A stretch of 64,000 nucleotides of DNA, taken from assembly GCF_036971445.1 (NCBI RefSeq), contig NC_091471.1, positions 199,392,001 to 199,456,000 of the forward strand, in the 5' to 3' direction. This document shows positions 50,608-63,429 of this stretch, piece by piece. Each line of letters starts with the position of its first letter. The first letter of the stretch is position 1. The DNA comes from Narcine bancroftii (lineage: Eukaryota). Position numbers and translations under genes: made by a program. The notes under the pieces were generated by a model. The model was not told the DNA's origin, did no database searches, and saw only the letters and a list, made by a program, of their open reading frames with translations.

Positions 50608-51299
50608 GATTTTTTTGTTTTTTTTTAAACTTTATTTAAAATTTTATGACATGAATAAAATAAAAATTACATTTAAAGAAATAAAAAATAAGATAATAAA
50701 AATTAGAATTCTTTGGCTTGGCTTCGCGGACGAAGATTTATGGAGGGGGTAAAAGTCCACGTCAGCTGCAGGCTCGTTTGTGGCTGACAAGTCCGATGCG
50801 GGACAGGCAGACACGGTTGCAGCGGCTGCAGGGGAAAATTGGTTGGTTGGGGTTGGGTGATGGGTTTTTCCTCCTTTGCCTTTTGTCAGTGAGGTGGAAT
50901 ACTACATCATTAAACTACACAAATGAACCCCCCCCCCAATAATTATAACACAACATTAATCGTCTAATTTAAAATTAGTCTAACCCTCCCCCCAAAATAA
51001 AGAGTGAAGAATTAATTAACAATGTTGTAAATAAAATAGAAAAACCCCACTTACAAAAAAAATAAAACTTAAAAAAAATTACTAACAACAAACTATCAAT
51101 ACTAAAATAATACCCTTAAACATATATTTAAATCAAACATAATACATGTATTTAACAAATGAAATCCACTTTAAAACTAAGTTCAAATATTAAAATCATA
51201 TATCAACCACATATCTGTTATACAAAAATCATAATTAATAATACATAAATACAGAATTTCCATTAATACCAAGTTTCCTTTATAATTCATTGAGAGAAC
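50608..51299 (-). mobile_element. L1-type 3'UTR fragment inserted in a hAT-like MITE (about 50385-51323)
   Basis: Poly-T start; 12-bp TSD gccaaaagaagg at 50596-50607 and 51300-51311; MITE ends ttctcaac / gttgagaa. Confidence 0.7.
50710..50897 (-). mobile_element. RTE 3' fragment
   Basis: Near-identical to 1907-2094. Confidence 0.95.
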
Positions 51300-51318
51300 G
51301 CCAAAAGAAGGTTGAGAA

Positions 51319-51578
51319 TGGTTGGTGCACAACATTTTTATGCAGTATGTATTGATATGGCTGTATGTACTGGCTGGCCAGCCCTCTGGGGGTCTCCCTA
51401 CCTTAGTTCCTCCCTTGATCCTTCCCTTTTGACCCCTGGCCATAAAAGTCGAGACCCCTCTCCTTCCCTCTCATTTTCATAGCCTAGACTTGGGCCAGCA
51501 GTCTCTTGTTTAATAAAGCCTATCATTCCCCTCAGTCTTCTGTCTGCATCATTACTGGGCTACCGATAGCACCCAACA
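51319..51578 (+). mobile_element. Short solo LTR
   Basis: tggttggtgc...gcacccaaca termini, cataaaa TATA-like box, AATAAA; flanks gagaa/cagaa. Left edge is uncertain. Confidence 0.65.
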
Positions 51579-52179
51579 CAGAACTTGGTCAATTTCTTTA
51601 TGAAAGTCCACAACATTATATGAACTAAGCTACCTTCAACAGATATTTCTATATGCCATCAAAAAAGTCAACATAATTAATTAAATGTGAGCTTCTTTTA
51701 ATATTTCCTTGTTGATTTTTACTTATTCATGCATAGTTGGCAATGATTGTCAATTAATTATGACCCAAAAAAGTGCGACTAAATATTCCTTCACCAGAAA
51801 TATGGAATTGACTAGAAATTACTGGATTAATGCCTCTCCCATTTCTTTTAAATCAGGGTCCCAATATTTGAATCCCCTGAACACTTCCCTATCCAATGAG
51901 GATCAGGAATTTGTGGACACTCACTATAATTTACACCTGGATTGTCCTACTAATCCAAATGCCTCTCATCAGATCAGATGACATCTCTGCTTTCAGTGAT
52001 GCCAACCTTTCAAATTATGACTTACTCTGCAATGCAAATATAATGTGAGATTGAAAAATTATAAAGGACAGCTTCAGAAACTGTATGTTTTATATGTTCT
52101 ATATTCAGAGAATTTGTTAGCCAAAATGAGTGCAATGATAAGGCCAATTCTACAAATAGCACATTGACGAAACTTCTAT

Positions 52180-52420
52180 TGCAGCACCTAATAGCCTGAA
52201 TATGCCTGAGATTGTCTGGTCTCAGAAGCTAAGCAGGCTCAGGCCTGGGCAGTACTTGGAGGGGAAACTGCCTAGCAACAACAGGTGCTGTAGGTTTCTA
52301 TGAAGGGGCACTGGACAAAGTGGAGACTCTCTGTCTGCCTTATGGTAGGCAAAAGTTAAAGAATTTCATATATGATACATTCTAAATGTAGTATTACATG
52401 ACAACAATGGAACCTTTACC
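52180..52420 (+). mobile_element. 5S rRNA-derived SINE (SINE3-type); 5S head about 52180-52297
   Basis: gaagctaagcaggctcaggcctgggcagtacttggaggggaaactgcctagcaacaacaggtgctgtaggt aligns to vertebrate 5S (box A, box C); followed by a non-5S body and a LINE-like tail. Confidence 0.82.
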
Positions 52421-52874
52421 AATCCATGATGAAGAGGTTTAAGATATTAATTTGTATACTTAAAATACCTAACCACACTCAAAGCATTTTACCAAAAGCC
52501 TTGGCAGAACTTACAATTGTCATTATTACATTATATCTTAAGAAACCATCTTTGCAATAGAAGTATCATTCTATTTTACATTTGAACATCAGTGATAAAA
52601 CATTAAATTTTCAATATTCTTTTCTTAAATCTAAGAAATTTCTCTCAAGGTATATTGTATGACTTCAGGGAAAATAAATAGTATTCTCCTTTGTTTTCCC
52701 TGACCTCTGTGACCACAGCTTGTTTGAAAATGGGAGACACAATGGTAAGGAGAAGCCTTTCTCTATAAAGCTGCCAATCTGCCGTTATGTTTGCTCACGA
52801 GAGTGGAGAGTCACAGCAGCAGGGTTTCTGCATTATTTGCACATCTCAGAAATGTAAAAAAACAAACTGAAATA

Positions 52875-53112
52875 GTGGCTCAGTTAGTGCAATGGTTATT
52901 ACAGTGCAAGCCACCGGAGTTTGAATCCAGTGCGGTATGTAATATGTATCTGTTATGCTATGTCCGCTTGTATTTCCTCTAGTGATAGTCCTCCCACTCC
53001 CAATGTTCCAAAGACATGCAGAGTTTGTAGATTAATTGGTTACAGGAGTGTATTTTGGCAGCATGGTCTCATGGGCTGGAGGCTTGTTGCTGGGTTGTAT
53101 CACTAAATTAAG
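52875..53112 (+). mobile_element. HE1-type V-SINE, decayed
   Basis: gttagtgcaatggttattacagtgc..cctcccac..tgtagattaattgg. Confidence 0.75.
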
Positions 53113-55196
53113 TCTTCAAAAGGAACAATAGCAAGTGACAAGGTTCCCACCAGAATGTAGCCTCTGGTTGATGTTTAAACTAACAGTATTGTCAAGCAGA
53201 CACATTTAATAATCTTACTTCATCTTTTTAATACTTGTGATCTTCCTACTAAACAAACTTTAGTGTCTGCATTATATTCTAATTACATCAACAACCAAGT
53301 AAATCAACGTGAAGCAAGTTGATACAACAATCAGCATCATTACAGGGCTGAAAAATAGATGATGGGATGTAGCAAGAAAAACAAAAGAAACATGTAGCTG
53401 AACCTAATCAACTTTGAAATTCCTCCTGACAATGTTGAAAAAAATTGTGGAGTTTCAAATAGGTTTAATCTGGAACAGAATCAGTGTTAAACAGCATTTG
53501 CCCTTCAGGGGAACACACTCATGCTGAGAAATATCATCAGGCAGGGAAAATATCCTCAGCACACCCAGTCTGTCTAGTCCTGTCAATTTTTTGCACATTT
53601 CAATTCAAGTTACTCTCATTGTTTTGAACTCAAGTGAATACAGCTCAATCAACCCAATCTCTCCTCATACAACATCCTGCCATCACAGGAATCAGTTTAG
53701 TGAACCTCAATTGCACACTCTCTCTGGTATATCATATATAGTTGTTTTTTTTTAGCATAGGGGACGAAAGCTGCACAAAAGACAGTGCCACTACCAAGAT
53801 CCAGTATAATTACAGTAAGACTTGCTTTCTCTTATATTCAAAGAAAGAAAGAGTAACTTAATTTCGATCAGAAACACAGAAGGCTAAAGGTCAATTGGGA
53901 TTTCTTGTGAGTTTGTATAAAAGAACTGGAAAAAATTCACAGAAGGTGGAAGAATGAATTTCAGCCACAAGTGCAGCAGAATAATTTCAAGTTAATAAAG
54001 GGTTTTAGTTAGAGAGGAGCTGAAGGGAATTGGAATTAAGTAATACTACAGAAGATTAAATGCAGCATGTGGACTGAATACATACTCATTTCAAACGTAA
54101 TAGGATTGTTGTGATTAGTTTGATTTGATTTCACACAGATAAAAATTGAGAATAATGTCAGTGGTTAACCAAATAAACTAATTTAATTACCAATATTTTG
54201 TGGACAACAGAGGAACGCATGTTTTGCATCTATTCTCAAGGTTATGTCCAGGCTTACCTTCTTTGCAACCCACAAAGTCAAGGTACAGGATGAAATTTAC
54301 CAGATCTCTTTACCATTCACCTTGCCCTTTAAGCAAACAGACTTTCCCCAAGTCTTCTTAAAAAAGCATCCTGATCTTCCAAATGCCCCCCCCCCCACCC
54401 CGACAATCTGCTTCTTCTTTCTTATTCTTTAATCCTCTAAAATATTTATTAAAAATAGAATTATTTACACCTTCTCAATTTGTAACCATTTAGAGAACAT
54501 AACAGCAGAATACAGGACTTTGGACCTCAATGTTGTGCCAACCTATATATTCCTACTTTTAAAAAAAACCTAAATGATTCCTAACTCAAAACCAGCTATT
54601 ATTCTGTCTAAGAGTTTCTTAAATGCCCCAAATGTTTCAGCCTCCACCACCACCCTGGCAAAGCATTCGAAGCACCCATAACTCTCTGCGTAAATGACTT
54701 CCCTGTGATTCCAAAATCTGTTCTGCAGTGTCTCTAGGGATATTTGGGGGCCAAAAAAACTACTCCCAATACAGGGATTATGTAAATACATTGAAATATA
54801 TGGTAGATTCCAATTATACGTGCAAGATAAAATTTCTAGTTGCAGCAAGCATATCCATGTCGCAATTCAGCCCATTTGTCTTTCCAGATGTGTCATGCTT
54901 AATCTGCATTCTTCCTGATGCTTCAGTCATAACCTCACCTGTGAACACTGTAATGTCAACAACTATTTTATTCATTGTACTTGCACTCTTGCATTTCAGT
55001 TTCTCCTACTCTCTTCTCTCATTTTTATTTGCTTTGCACACTCCCTTTATCACCACAATCTCCATTCATATTCCTGTCAATATTTTGTGTTAATCCCTTC
55101 TCTTCTTGCAATTTCATTTATCTGTATGCTCCATCTTGAAAGTACATGCACTAAAGACTTGACCCAATATTAAGATAATTGACCAATTGTTAGATA

Positions 55197-55868
55197 CAGT
55201 AAGTTTCTGATTATCCAAAACCACTACCAAAATTCTCAGTTATCCGCAAAAAATTTTGGTGGCAAAGTTGAAAAAAGTTGCATATTTTTATTTATCTGCC
55301 ATTTTTATTTTGAATCCATTTTGAATATTGCTGAATTTATCTTATTTTTGTAAGCAGATTGTGTTTTTAACTTGAAAAAACCTTCCCTTGTTCTTTGTTG
55401 TCGCTTTAACTGCTGATACAAGTATTATTGCTGATGGTTCTGAGCTGCAATCGGAGCAGGGACCTCGGGTTTCCGGGCAGATTCAATGACAGCAGTGGTG
55501 GGGGGATGTCTGGGACCAGAGACCTTGGGCAGGTTCGGCGATGGCTGTGGGGAGGTGTCCAGGATCAGAGTGGGGACCTTGAGCTCCCGGCCAGGTTTGG
55601 TGACGGCAGTGGGGAGGTGTTGTGGAGCAGAATGTGGACGTCAGGCTGCCAGGCAGGTTTGGCAACGGCGGTGGGGAGGTGTTGGGGATCCAAGCGGGGA
55701 CCTTGGGCTCCTGGGCAGGTTGGAAATGGTGGTGGGGAAGTGTTGGGATCGGTGACAGATGATACAAGTATTCTGCTTCTTAAACTGGCCATTTCTAAGA
55801 TATTCAGAAACTTCAGTTAACTAATACACATCTTGTTCTGAACATTTGGGATAGTCAGAAACGTACTG
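55197..55868. mobile_element. Tc1/mariner-type MITE with TA TSD and internal minisatellite
   Basis: TIRs cagtaagtttctgattatcc / ggatagtcagaaacgtactg with TA on both sides; degenerate tandem units at 55455-55752. Confidence 0.88.
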
Positions 55869-56742
55869 TATTATGATTTATCTGATTAAATTTGTTAGTG
55901 AAGTCATACATTGGCTTGGATTTTCCTTACAATTCAGCATATGAATGCTCAAACACATCTCAGTTGAAATGTAAAATTAGCACAAGTCATTGTTTAAGCT
56001 ATACTGGGTTTGGATCATATGTCAATATAAAATCTACACTAAGTTCACGAAGGGTATAGAATGAAATTTCAAAGGAGGTATTTTGGATTTTTTATAATCT
56101 TACTTAACTCATATCATTACATGCCAAACATTGGTCATGCATTAAAAATAAGGACATACTGAAAATGCAATAATTTAGCTGGTAATGTGAAAAAGATTAA
56201 AAATGTATGAAACTTGCCTAGTGGATTTTGTAATAAGAGGGGAGATTAAGCAGACAAGGTTAGTATACTCTTCAGCTTATGAGAAACGATCTTATTGAAA
56301 TTCCTTATGGGTTTATATGGAAATAGTGTTTCCCCTTTCTAGGGCATTGAGATCTAGGAATCTTAGTCACAACAAGAAAGAAAATTGGCTCTTCAGGCCA
56401 AGGGTGAAAAGAAATCTTTGAAATTGATTGGCTATGAGAGTGATCTCAGTCCTACTTCTCAAGATAATCAAGCAAGTGATCAATTGATCTGATTGAAGGG
56501 CAAAGCAGGCAAAGAGGGCTCACTCTGCTATTTTTATTTCTTATGTTTTCTGTTGAGTTGTAGAAGAAGATGCTGACTTCTCCACCAAAGACTTGATTGC
56601 AGGCATTACTATAGCTAGCGCCGGATTGCGGAGCAAACATTTTAAATGGGCCAGCTGACACATGCACATCCCTAAATAATGCTGGCCGGCACATACACGG
56701 TGAGGGGGGGGTAGCCTTACACAGTGGTGGTTGGCTCAAACT

Positions 56743-56841
56743 GTCTTCGTAACCCATAATCCGCCACGCAGCTGAAACCGCTCTGATGCTGGCACCGGCA
56801 GAGCGGTTCCAGCTGCGTGGGGGATTATGGGTAACCAAGAC
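56743..56841. repeat. 43-bp near-perfect inverted repeat with 13-nt loop
   Basis: Arms 56743-56785 and 56799-56841 pair with 4 mismatches. Confidence 0.95.
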
Positions 56842-56889
56842 GTCCATTGCTCCTGCATTGAGCCGTCGCCGTGAGCTGCCGAGGATCGC

Positions 56890-57142
56890 CTGTGTTAACA
56901 ACTCCGATTAAATTGAAGGTGAGCAATTTTAGCCCATTATTACCTTTAATCGGGGTTATTAACACAGACTGTTCGTGTGGTTTCATATAGCCGCTGGTAC
57001 TCCACAAATTACAACACACCCATAGAGTGTGTTAATGACTGCATTAAAGGTGAAACTTGGCTAAGATCATTCACTTTAATCCAAGGTTAATAATTTCAGT
57101 CAATTATCACCATTAAATGGGGGGTTATTAACACAGACGATC
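56890..57142. repeat. Two related palindromic units (56890-56967 and 57028-57135)
   Basis: tgtgttaa..c..attaaa...ttaa..ggggttattaacacag occurs in both. Confidence 0.85.
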
Positions 57143-60100
57143 AGTGGAATCTGATAGCTGCTGAACAAAGATTAAAACTAAAATGTTTCTCATCATTCAG
57201 TGCACAAACGCTGGGGTCCTTGAATGACGTGGCCGGTTGCATTTGCTCCTCTCGCTACTACGCGAGTCCAGCCCCAATAACAGCCTCTGCACAGTTTTGT
57301 TTGGCTTGAGTACATACGCTCATGTGACACTGTGTCCGACTGTTCGAATGCTTCAGTATTGCATTCCCATTGATTTTTTAAAAATATTTCACCCATCTTT
57401 TCAGCTGATCAGGACAGATTGGACAAAAGTTGTACAAATTAATTATTGAAACCGATTTTCAAAGCCAAAACATTTCCTTATTTTGATGCTTTCCTTTATC
57501 ATTATTAAAAATCTAGAGACGGGAAAATTCCCTATTCTTGAAACTCCTCAAATTCTCCAAACTTTTTGCCCTTCAAACTACAAATCTTCTGTCAAACATT
57601 TAGTCAACTTCCTAGTCTTTCTTGTTTGCTGCTGGTCTTTCAAGTAAAATACATCTCGATTATTTAGTATCCTGAGTCTGCTGTACAACTTCAATTTGCA
57701 TCTATTACTTGAATCAAAATAGTACAGGGCTGGGAACCACATGGAATGAATTGACACCTAATATTTCAGTACCTAAAATTCATATGGCCACATCAAAATG
57801 CCAGACATCCAGCCGTCGTTGAAGGCACTCTTGGGTCAGACTGACAATGCAGTACCAATTATGGATAACCTCTTCCTTTCAGAACTATGCCCGCTTGAAT
57901 AAGATTGAGATTACCAGTCCTAAATTTAGCAGACCCAAGTGGACAGAAGTGATCTTCTTCCAGACATCTTTTGAACCCAGTCTCGCTGGTGAAAGAGAAA
58001 TGCTCCAACTTTCTAAACCCCATAAAATTCTGTTTCATCTTAGAAATAAAATCTTGCAAAATATGAAAGACTGCTTTGCAAATTATAAAGTGCATTCAAT
58101 GCCCCAGCAATAAATGTCAGATTATGTGTTTTATGCTCTCTCTGTATTGTTAAGATATACACTCATTGCATCTAGTTTCCAGATTATTTCCTCAAATATA
58201 TTTTTAGGATTTGTTACTAATTCCAAGAATTTGTCACAGATATTTGGATAGTGTTTGCCACAGGGAGGCAGAGAGAGGTTATTTCAGGCTTATATATAAT
58301 TATTCATTAGGGAGTCTGACTTGGAATGTTTAAATTGTGCATCTGAAAAATGAATCAACCTTTGAAAATTGTGGAGGACAGAATTTCATACCACCTTGTT
58401 AAAACAATTGTACAATATTACATTTACTGTAGAAATTAATTGAATGGGGTTACTTAAATTAATGCTGATTTTTTTTCCATCAATCACAGGACCATGTGCT
58501 ATGGGGGGTGAATTCTGGATCACAATTACAATCTGTGTGAAAATGTTTTCCTCACATTCCCCTACCCTCCTCATCCTACATGCTTACTCTTTATATTCAA
58601 TGAATTCTCTAGTCCCTGACCATTTTCATGTAGAACAGCTTCTATTTACTTAATTGAGACCCATAGTAATCACTCTCAAACCTGAAATTGTTTTTTGTCC
58701 AGGATGACAACTCTAGCTTCTTTTGTCTAACCCATAGGTGAAATCCTCCCCTATCTGGAACCATTTGATTAAATCTTTTTCTCTCCCTCATTCTCTGACC
58801 TTCACATCTATGTTATTTCACTATAGTTGGATGCAACACTACAGATGCGCACTCAAGTCAATCGAAATCAATGCTGAAAGTTTCAAAGATCCCATAGAGA
58901 TAGCATTTCTCAGACAATGCCTCACACAGAGGACTTTCAAAATTGAATTAGATAAACTACAAATGAAAATGATTTAGTAAAATTGCAACAAAAAAGTGCT
59001 ATATTGTTTTATAAAGAGCTGCACTGAATCAATAGGCCTTTTGATTTTGGGTAGCTTCTTGTAAGGTGATATACCTTGTATTTTTTGCATTTTTTTTAAA
59101 AAAAACAGATTATTTCAATACTCTGATTCTGTTCAGAATCCAAGTTGCTCTTGAATTAAGAGATTGAAGAAAAATACAAAGTATTTCAGGAGGCTCAATA
59201 TTGTTTCCAACAGCAGGAAAATTTGGGATTTTTTTTGTTGGAAACCATTGATGGCTTGAATTAATCTTGCCTTCTTTTAGCACAATGTGTTTACTTTATT
59301 GGGGTTCCATTAATGGAATCCATGTCATCTGGATTGCTGTGAAATCTTTCTTAAGTAGCACTCCACTGCCATCACTTATATATTGCGTCACTAAACAAGG
59401 AGAGATTACTTTTATTAACACGCCAGACATGACCCAGCTCAGGAGGTGACAAACACATGTGTTAGGCTGACTAATGATTTCTACACTGCCAAAGAATGGA
59501 CTTTTTCATGTTTGCATGTACCAAAACCTCAAGCTGGTGCTGTAGAAATATATAAATGCCAACCTTCCCAAAACTATGCAGTTCTGCCATCAAACAAACC
59601 ATCTATTAATAGTTTTGGTTTACTGAAGTGACTTGGGCAATTTTATCAAGAGAAATGAAAATCAGCTGAAAAGCTGTCTCAAATAAAATAGACTCAGAAA
59701 TGAAGCATCTGAATGGAACCAGACACACCACAAGAATGTTCTTATTCTTTTCTTGCACTTTCCTAATGTCGCAAGTTGCTAACCATCTGTCACCTTCCTT
59801 GATTGCGAAAAATGCAGCACCAGGGAAGGCAAAAATGCCCAAAGCCTCATAGCCAGTAAAAATTCACTTTACACACGAAACAAGGATAAACCCTTGAGGC
59901 ACTTTACTGAGGTTTATTTTAATTCATGACAAATATATAAAAAGTGATTAAATTAGCAGTTAATCAAAGGTATTTCTAATCAATGTTTAACATGACTTTA
60001 CTTCATTTCTATTGCTGTGTAGCTGTACCACATGAACAGTTAGCTTAATTCTAATATCTTGAACTGATCATCCATAACCTTAGAGTGATTAAATTTAATT

Positions 60101-60394
60101 TAATCTTAATCACTGATAAGGCTCTCAGCAACAAAAGGTAAATGGTGAACAGTGGCTCAACAAGTGTATTGTTTGACTCCTAATACTACTCATGATGAGC
60201 CCTTTTAAATTTAATAAAATTTATTAAATGCCCTTTCAGCCCATGGGTCCATCTGGCTCAATTTACACCCCATTAACCAACACCCCCAGTACGTTCTGAA
60301 CCGTTTGTTTTAAACATTTGTTCTTGATCATTGTTAATGAAGTGGAGCAGTCTGGATTTGGCAATGGTGAGAAGAAGAAAGAACACAAACTATG

Positions 60395-61552
60395 GAGAGA
60401 AACATGAAAGCCTGCAGATGCTGTGATTGTAGTAAAAACACAGCAAAATACTGGAGAAACTCAGCCAGAGAAAAAATATATATTGCCGAAGTTTCAGGCT
60501 TGAGCCCTTCTTCAAAGAATAGCAGAATGAGCCAGAAGCAGGAAATTTCAGAATTCAAACAATGGGGGAGGAATCCAGACCAACAAAAAGTGTCAGTTGG
60601 ATATGATAAAAACCAAAGTAAGCATTTATCATATTTGTGTGCAAGGAGGTGGAATGGAAAGACGGATAGGGAAAGATGGCGGGGAAGTGGTTGGAGGTAC
60701 CCAGTTAGAAGATGACGGTTGCCCAAGTCTGGCAGTACATGAGACCATTTACAGACAGGTCAGCAAGGGAATGGGATGAAGAATTGAAATGAGTGGCAAC
60801 TGGGAGATCCACGCTATTGCGGCAGACAGCTGAGATGTTCAACAAAGTGATCTTCCAGTCTTTCCGATATAGAAGAGTCCACAACCGAAGAACCGGATGC
60901 AGTTGATGGCCCCTGCAGATTCAGAAGTTAGGGGCCCAGAATGGTAGTGAGGGAGGAGGTGTGGGAGCAAATTGAGCATCTCCTGCAGTCACAGGGGTAG
61001 GTCCCAAGGGATCAATTGGTGGGGAGGCAGATCCTGTGAAAGACAGAGAGGAGAGTATGTGTCCATTGGTGGGATCATGAAGTGATGGAAATGGCAGAGG
61101 ATGTGTTGGAGGTGGAGGTTGGTGGGGTGGTAGGAGGGGACAAGAGGAATACTGTTCTTGTTGTACATAGAGTGGAGATACTGGGGACAATGGAGAATAT
61201 GCAGCTAAGTGCCAAGCTGATGGTGGTAGAGGGAAAGCCATATTGTTGGAAGGAGGAGAACATCTCTGATGATCTGGCATAGTAGTCCTTATCCTAGGTG
61301 CAGATGTGATGGAGACAGGGGACAGAGTGGGAAGAGGTGTGGTCGAGGTCACTGTGGGAGTTGGTGGGTTTATAGAAAATGTCAGTGGAGAGTTTGTCTC
61401 CTGAGATGGAGACAGAGGGTTGCTAGAGATGGACCAAGTGAATTTTAAGTCAGGGTGGAAGTTGGCAGCACAGAGGAAGAGTTGAGAGGCCTCGGCTGTG
61501 TATGGATTGCTCCATGTAGCCAACAAAAAGGCAGCCATAGCTGGGGCCCACG
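60395..61552 (-). mobile_element. Penelope-like element, decayed 3' part
   Basis: GPSYG, AANFHPDLKFTWSIS; terminal ttgaagaagggctcaagcctgaaac; same subfamily end as 3490-4092. Confidence 0.88.
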
Positions 61553-62499
61553 ATGGAGCACTCTGGCTGGTGGGCCTTGGAATTCCCAAGTCATTGCCCT
61601 CATTTATTCATGTTAGTTTTGAGAGAAATTGATAAATCTCAAAGTGAAATGATATAAAAGGATGCTGGAAAATCTCTATGGGTTTTACAGTCCATTGTAT
61701 TGAACGACTAATGTCCCGTAACACTGATTATGTAACATCCTACTTCAGACTTCAATTGTTTATGCTCTACCACAGAAAGCATTTTCAAATTATCTGCTCT
61801 TTCTTGGAACATTATTTGCATGACAATATTATTGATTAATAGGCAGAATTTGTCGGCTCACCTTCATCAGTTTCTATTATATTTATACCCTGTATAAGAA
61901 TGAGTATTAAGCTTTATAAATACCAGCCAAGAGCTGTACACAAGCATTTTTATTGCAGTTTTAGGTATAAAGAATTTTTAAATCTTAGCAATAATGTAGT
62001 GTGAAGTAACTATTATTTGCATGCTCATTTTGAAGGCAAGTTGAATAAAAAAATAATTTACTTTCAAAAGTCTATGCATCTATTCCTCTGGTATGACAGT
62101 AAATAGCATTTAGCTATTTAGCAAAAAACTAATATATGCATTCAGGCACTTCAAAGCCATTTAACTATTTTGAATATACAGTTAATTTTACTCTAACATG
62201 GACATCATTGTAGAACCAGGGAAGTATTTCATTTTATTGTGGTAAATGAGATTCTTGAAAGTGGTTGATTGTCAATAATTAATCATGGCAAAAGTTGTTG
62301 GCTATTGTTGGGGGAAATATTGGAGTAAGTAATCAATAATTGTGATTCATAAATACATATATGCAGTCATATGCTTTCAAATTAACCTTTGGGGATCAAT
62401 TATGTTCATGAAGTTCAATCAACTCCACTACCACCAACTACTCTTTCAACTATGTTGGAAGCCCTTTATTAAATAAGCTCAACATCTTTACATAAAAAC

Positions 62500-62880
62500 A
62501 ATCAAGACAGAATAAAGAGTAGGCCCTTGTGTCTGCTCCTCCAATCAATAAGAACCTTCCCTTCTGCACCATTCTTCTGCTCAAATTATACTTTTTCCCT
62601 CCCAACAGATACAAACATACCATTTATTAACTTTAATATTTGTTGAGCAATGGAATCTCCACAGACTATTTGGGTGGAGACTTGTAAAGAATCATTACCC
62701 TTCAGATGAAGGCATTTCTCCTCAACAGCCTTGAATGGCTGACCCCTTGTTTGAGACAGAGCCCTGGTTTTGGATGCATCATCCTTTACCCTTGCATCGA
62801 ATGCAATTGAGCCTTGTATGAATTGCACGTTTTGTAACTTTGGCACTTCTTGGTGGGCCTCAAAACCCTCCTTAAATACA
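62500..62880 (-). mobile_element. CR1 3' fragment
   Basis: ttcagatgaaggcatttctcctcaacagccttgaatggctgacccc. Confidence 0.65.
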
Positions 62881-63429
62881 GTATAAAGGGCAAACTTAAT
62901 ATTGTACAAGAAAAATACAAGTGGTCCATGAATTGACTTAAATCCTTTAAAGAAAAGCCCAGCAGATGAATCAATTGTAATGACTGAGCTTGCCCAGGTT
63001 AATCATAAACAGCTCAGTGGCCAAAGTCAAGAAGATTGCTTGATGTATTGTATAGTCAGAACAAATGATTTTCAACCTCTGGCTGAGGATTGTAACATCT
63101 TGGCATCCAATTTCTTTACAGTCAGGCAATGTGATATTTCCGAAATAACAGGATCTTTGTCTTCACTCATTTGGAATGCCATCCTCACCTCGTAGGTACT
63201 ACTTTGCACGAGCAGCTGTTTGGTTCAGTTGCTAAATTGATGTTGTGACATTGTGTGTTCAATAGTGACAGACTTTAAAATGCAGTAGGTTAAGGCAAAT
63301 GTGTGCCCCTATTATTTAGAAGAACAAAACAACTTATTGCTTATGTTCTGATGTGATGTGTTGTACCTGAATTAGTTTGGAGCATTAAACCAAAGTGGAT
63401 GCAAGTTCTATAATTTGATATGAAGTTGT

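Noticed and set aside
52180-52297. Functional 5S rRNA gene
   Set aside because: Many substitutions, a damaged 5' end, no tandem array or clean T-run terminator, and it continues into a SINE-like body.
55455-55752. CRISPR-like repeat array
   Set aside because: Degenerate contiguous tandem units without unique spacers, inside a MITE in vertebrate DNA, with no cas genes.
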